Both the position numbers and the translations under genes were made by a program. Below the pieces are notes generated by a model that ran no database searches, was not told the DNA's origin, and saw only the letters and a list, made by a program, of their open reading frames with translations. Below, piece after piece: positions 60,309 through 64,000 of a stretch of 64,000 nt of DNA; positions within the stretch are counted from its first letter, which is position 1, and every line of letters begins with the position of its first letter. Source of the stretch: an uncultured Phycisphaerales bacterium (GTDB taxonomy: Bacteria; Planctomycetota; Phycisphaerae; Sedimentisphaerales; Anaerobacaceae); the NCBI GenBank assembly GCA_963772725.1, contig CAVYYI010000001.1, positions 800,001 to 864,000 on the forward strand, written 5' to 3'.

Positions 60309-63300
60309 ATGAGTAAAAAATTAACATATTTGATGGTCTTCGGTTTATTGCTGGCTTTGGCAGGCAATGCCTGTGGGGCCACCTATACCTGGGACCACGG
60401 CGGAGCAGATAAACTCTGGAAAACCGCGGGTAACTGGTCTTCAGATACCGTGCCGACAAGTGCCGATTATGCTCAAATTGATGACAGCGGTTCAGACAAG
60501 CCGGTGATTGATTCGACGCATACAGGCGGCAATCAGGCAACATGCGGTTATGCTTATGTTGGGTATGGTGTCGGCAGTACAGGTGAACTTTCAATGACGG
60601 GCGGTCTGTGGACTGTGGCAAGCAGTTATGTAGTACCCGGCTACAGCGGCACAGGCACAGTTACAATAAGCGGCGGTACGCTCAATGCGAGCGCTGCAAG
60701 CGGTATTATTGTAGGCTGGAATACCGGCAGCACCGGTACTCTAAACATCAGCGGCGGCAGTGTGACTGCAACAGGAGCTAGCGGCATCAGGTTGGGCTAT
60801 AACGGCACCGGTACAATAACGATGACCGGCGGCTCGCTTTTTACGAGTAAAATAACAATGCCTTATACCGCAGGCAAAACAGGACGTTTGCATTTAGACG
60901 GCGGCCGACTCGAATTATCAAGCACATTTACAATAAATACAGGCGGCCTGGCGGATGTCGGCGGAGGCACGCTCATAATCAGCGGCGATGTAACATCGAC
61001 AATTCAAACTTATATTACTGCCGGCAAGATTACTGGTTACGACGGTGCCGGAACTTTGAACCTTGATTACAATATCACAAATGCCGGTAAAACTACATTG
61101 ACCGCTACTGAGATTGATCCTAATGGCGCTACCGATCCCAGCCCGGCCCACAATACTACCGGGGTGAGCCTGACGGCTGATCTGAGCTGGTCGACAGTCC
61201 CAGGGGCAGACAATTATGACGTCTACTTTGGAACAAGCAGTCCGGGAACATTTCAGGGCAATCAGGAGGCCAACAGCTTTGACCCTGGAACAATGGTTGA
61301 AGGCACCGTCTACTACTGGCGTATTGATGCCAATAGCAGCGCAGATAAGGTTACAGGTACGGTCTGGAACTTTACAACCGCCAATACAATATATGTATCT
61401 GAATACGGTGCCTACCCTGATGACAGCGATAATGACACCAATGCAATAAACTCTGCAATCAGCGCAGCCGGTTCAGGAGACACTATTGTTTTTAGTGCCG
61501 GAACCTATGACCTGATTACCCCTTATGACACCTCTCGTTATATCTACATCAACAACAAAAGCAATCTCACCCTCCAGGGTGCGACATCCGGCGGCGAGCC
61601 TGCTACCACATTATTGCGTCATGTTCCTGTTGTAAATCGCATCGACCCGCCTCGACTCTTGAATACCAATTTAGGCTCAGATATTGTTATTGAGAATTTC
61701 ATATTGGATAATTCTCCCCGTCTGTGTACTGCCGGCGAAGTTACTTATAAGTCCAGCACGACCGTAAGGGTAGCGATATTCGATGACCTGCCTATGGACG
61801 AGGGATGTTCATGTTACTCGGCCAATGCATGGCTGTCGACATCGCCTCCTGTCTTAAAAGAGGTTCCAAGTTTAACTATGGGGTTAGAAGAAGGGACAGG
61901 TTCACCCGCTAACTGGACTATCTATGACGCACCGAACCGGATAATGCAGTTATATAACGCAGCAGGACTGAGCTTTGTCGGCGATATCGATGTCGGTGAC
62001 TATATGTCATGGCATTACGGCAATAGTGGAGATTGTGAGGTATATATTAACCAAACAGATGGACTAACTATGCGAAATCTAAAGATGCCTAATACGATTA
62101 ATATGTTTGCCCTGGTAGCGTTAAGTGACGATGTTACATTAGACAAAATAAAGATGCTATCTACCGATAATCAATTGGCAGTAGGTTCTCGTGATGGTTT
62201 TCATATCTCCAGATGTACCGGTACTATGGACATTAACGATGTCGATATTGAAGGTTTTCGCTGGGACCCCATTGTTCTCAGAAGCCTTAACGCTGCAATA
62301 ACCGCCAAGACAGATTCAACTCATTTCAGAATACTAACCGACGCGTCAACAGGCGGTCAAGCGATTACCAGCGGCAGCACCCTTGGCATCTGGGATAGCA
62401 CTAGCACCTATGCCGAGGTAACTGTAAGTTCAGCATCTCTTTTCACAACCGATACCTATGACATTGTTACTACCGCGGCCATACCAAGCTGGGCAGGCGT
62501 AGGTGACGATGTGAGAATTGGAGCATTTATGCCCGACACCATCAGTATTAAAAACTGTGATTTCAAGAACAATGCCGGTTGTGACATAATTCTTTTCAAC
62601 GGCAACGCAACACTGACCAACAACACCCATGAAAGATGTATGTATTCGGCTATTTACATGGGTGATAATTCCACTTGCGGAGCATGCGGAAGTCACATCG
62701 ATATAACCGACTGCAATTTCAGTTATTGCGGATGGGTAGTAAAGAATAATACTCAAGCTATGGTAGGCATCGAAAACGATTCTAGCTACTCTGCGCCGGC
62801 ACGGGTGGATGGCGTCAACATCCAGAACTGTAGTTTTGATAACGGCCTCGTTGGAATATATGTTAAAGATACCAATACAGCGGATATTTCCTCCAATTAT
62901 TTCGCTGACACTGTAACCACTGCAACATCTGTTGAAGGAGCGACAACAAGTAACATCGATATTCATGACAACACTATCGTAGCAACGCCAACATATGTTG
63001 CTGCCGGGTCTGTTGCGAGCGGTACGGGCGCTATAACACCGGCGCTTCCTTCGGGCATCGCCGAAGACGACATCCTGCTTCTGTTCCTCGAGACCGCCAA
63101 TCAGGCCATCTCGATTTCCGATTCTAAAGGCGGCACATGGACAGCGGTTACCAACTCCCCGCAGGGTACCGGAACAGCCGCCGGCGCTACTGCTACCAGG
63201 CTTACGGTATTCTGGTCCCGGTACAACGGCACACAGACTGCTCCAACCACATCTGATTCGGGCGACCATCAGCTTGGCAGAATGATAGCCATTCGCGGCG

Positions 63301-63650
63301 CCACTACATCAGGCAATCCATGGGATGTTACAGCAGGCGGCGTTGAAGCTACGATGGACACCAGCGGCTCCATTGCAGGAGCGACTACAACGGTTGACAA
63401 GACTCTTGTCGTAACTGCCATTGCCACCAGTCACCCTGACGCAAGCAGCACGGCAAAATTCTCGGCATGGACAAACGCTAACCTGACAAGTGTAACCGAA
63501 CGCACCGACAATTCCGTAACCGCTGGCAACGGCGGCGGTCTTGGTGTCGCCACGGGTATCAGGGCGGCAACCGGGGCTTACGGCAACACTGCCGTTACTC
63601 TTGCGAATTCAGCATACAAGGGTATGATGAGCATCGCAATCAAGTGGTAA
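60309..63650 (+). CDS. Large secreted protein: Gly-rich passenger-like repeats + Ig/FN3-like + right-handed beta-helix (GH110-like) + C-terminal domain
   Basis: Signal peptide, W..AGNWS, GTGTVTISGG repeats, YYWRIDA, NDTNAINSAI, SRDGFH; paralog of upstream gene. Confidence 0.8.
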   Translation: MSKKLTYLMVFGLLLALAGNACGATYTWDHGGADKLWKTAGNWSSDTVPTSADYAQIDDSGSDKPVIDSTHTGGNQATCGYAYVGYGVGSTGELSMTGGLWTVASSYVVPGYSGTGTVTISGGTLNASAASGIIVGWNTGSTGTLNISGGSVTATGASGIRLGYNGTGTITMTGGSLFTSKITMPYTAGKTGRLHLDGGRLELSSTFTINTGGLADVGGGTLIISGDVTSTIQTYITAGKITGYDGAGTLNLDYNITNAGKTTLTATEIDPNGATDPSPAHNTTGVSLTADLSWSTVPGADNYDVYFGTSSPGTFQGNQEANSFDPGTMVEGTVYYWRIDANSSADKVTGTVWNFTTANTIYVSEYGAYPDDSDNDTNAINSAISAAGSGDTIVFSAGTYDLITPYDTSRYIYINNKSNLTLQGATSGGEPATTLLRHVPVVNRIDPPRLLNTNLGSDIVIENFILDNSPRLCTAGEVTYKSSTTVRVAIFDDLPMDEGCSCYSANAWLSTSPPVLKEVPSLTMGLEEGTGSPANWTIYDAPNRIMQLYNAAGLSFVGDIDVGDYMSWHYGNSGDCEVYINQTDGLTMRNLKMPNTINMFALVALSDDVTLDKIKMLSTDNQLAVGSRDGFHISRCTGTMDINDVDIEGFRWDPIVLRSLNAAITAKTDSTHFRILTDASTGGQAITSGSTLGIWDSTSTYAEVTVSSASLFTTDTYDIVTTAAIPSWAGVGDDVRIGAFMPDTISIKNCDFKNNAGCDIILFNGNATLTNNTHERCMYSAIYMGDNSTCGACGSHIDITDCNFSYCGWVVKNNTQAMVGIENDSSYSAPARVDGVNIQNCSFDNGLVGIYVKDTNTADISSNYFADTVTTATSVEGATTSNIDIHDNTIVATPTYVAAGSVASGTGAITPALPSGIAEDDILLLFLETANQAISISDSKGGTWTAVTNSPQGTGTAAGATATRLTVFWSRYNGTQTAPTTSDSGDHQLGRMIAIRGATTSGNPWDVTAGGVEATMDTSGSIAGATTTVDKTLVVTAIATSHPDASSTAKFSAWTNANLTSVTERTDNSVTAGNGGGLGVATGIRAATGAYGNTAVTLANSAYKGMMSIAIKW

Positions 63651-63691
63651 GTTTGACGATTTGATTGACGATGTCAGTCAGATGTTTTTAC

Positions 63692-63727
63692 AGCCCGGCG
63701 GCAAAAGTTATGCCGCCGGGCTTTTTT
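63692..63727 (+). terminator. Intrinsic terminator
   Basis: Same hairpin as 59746-59782. Confidence 0.9.
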
Positions 63728-64000
63728 CATTTTGTACAGTAATTTTTGCCGAACAATAAAATCTGTTTATACCTGCTTATAGCCTTGGCATAAGTCAAAT
63801 CGTATTCATCATCAACAGGAAGTCGGCCTTGCTGCATAGTAAGTGAGATACAGTTCCTTGCTGTTTAACGCAATTCTATGAAATTTATAACATTATTTTG
63901 CAACAATACCAGGAAAAACAAAATATTGGCATAATACTGAAATATGGGTTATATAATCAATAGAAAGGACGCGATATGTGTTTGAATTTTAAGCGGTTTA

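Overview
Bacterial chromosome segment, probably from an anaerobic Planctomycete or similar organism (inferred from gene content and repeat style only). Many single-base frameshifts suggest an error-prone assembly. The main discovery is a ~10.76 kb provirus at 6520-17294. It encodes a putative STIV-like double jelly-roll major capsid protein, an FtsK/HerA (A32-like) packaging ATPase, many small membrane proteins and candidate vertex/spike proteins. It has no recognisable integrase or replication initiator. It is bounded by an 18-bp direct repeat that is the core of a 28-bp dif-like (XerC/XerD) site, so it looks like a tailless membrane-containing virus that uses host Xer recombination (an IMEX). 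A second, inverted dif-like site and a run of hairpins just inside the left end recall the folded ssDNA attP and origin of CTX-type phages. The rest of the window holds thiC with an atypical TPP riboswitch, an oxidative-stress cluster (rbr, tpx, fprA, dfx, rubredoxin, zwf), an AT-rich HD-CE/HSP90 conflict gene, a 21-bp quasi-palindromic tandem array beside an FN3 gene, an Rrf2-hcp operon, housekeeping genes (prmC, aroB, apt, rpsA, ispH), two IS elements with intact ends, and two paralogous secreted beta-helix proteins sharing a conserved structured leader.
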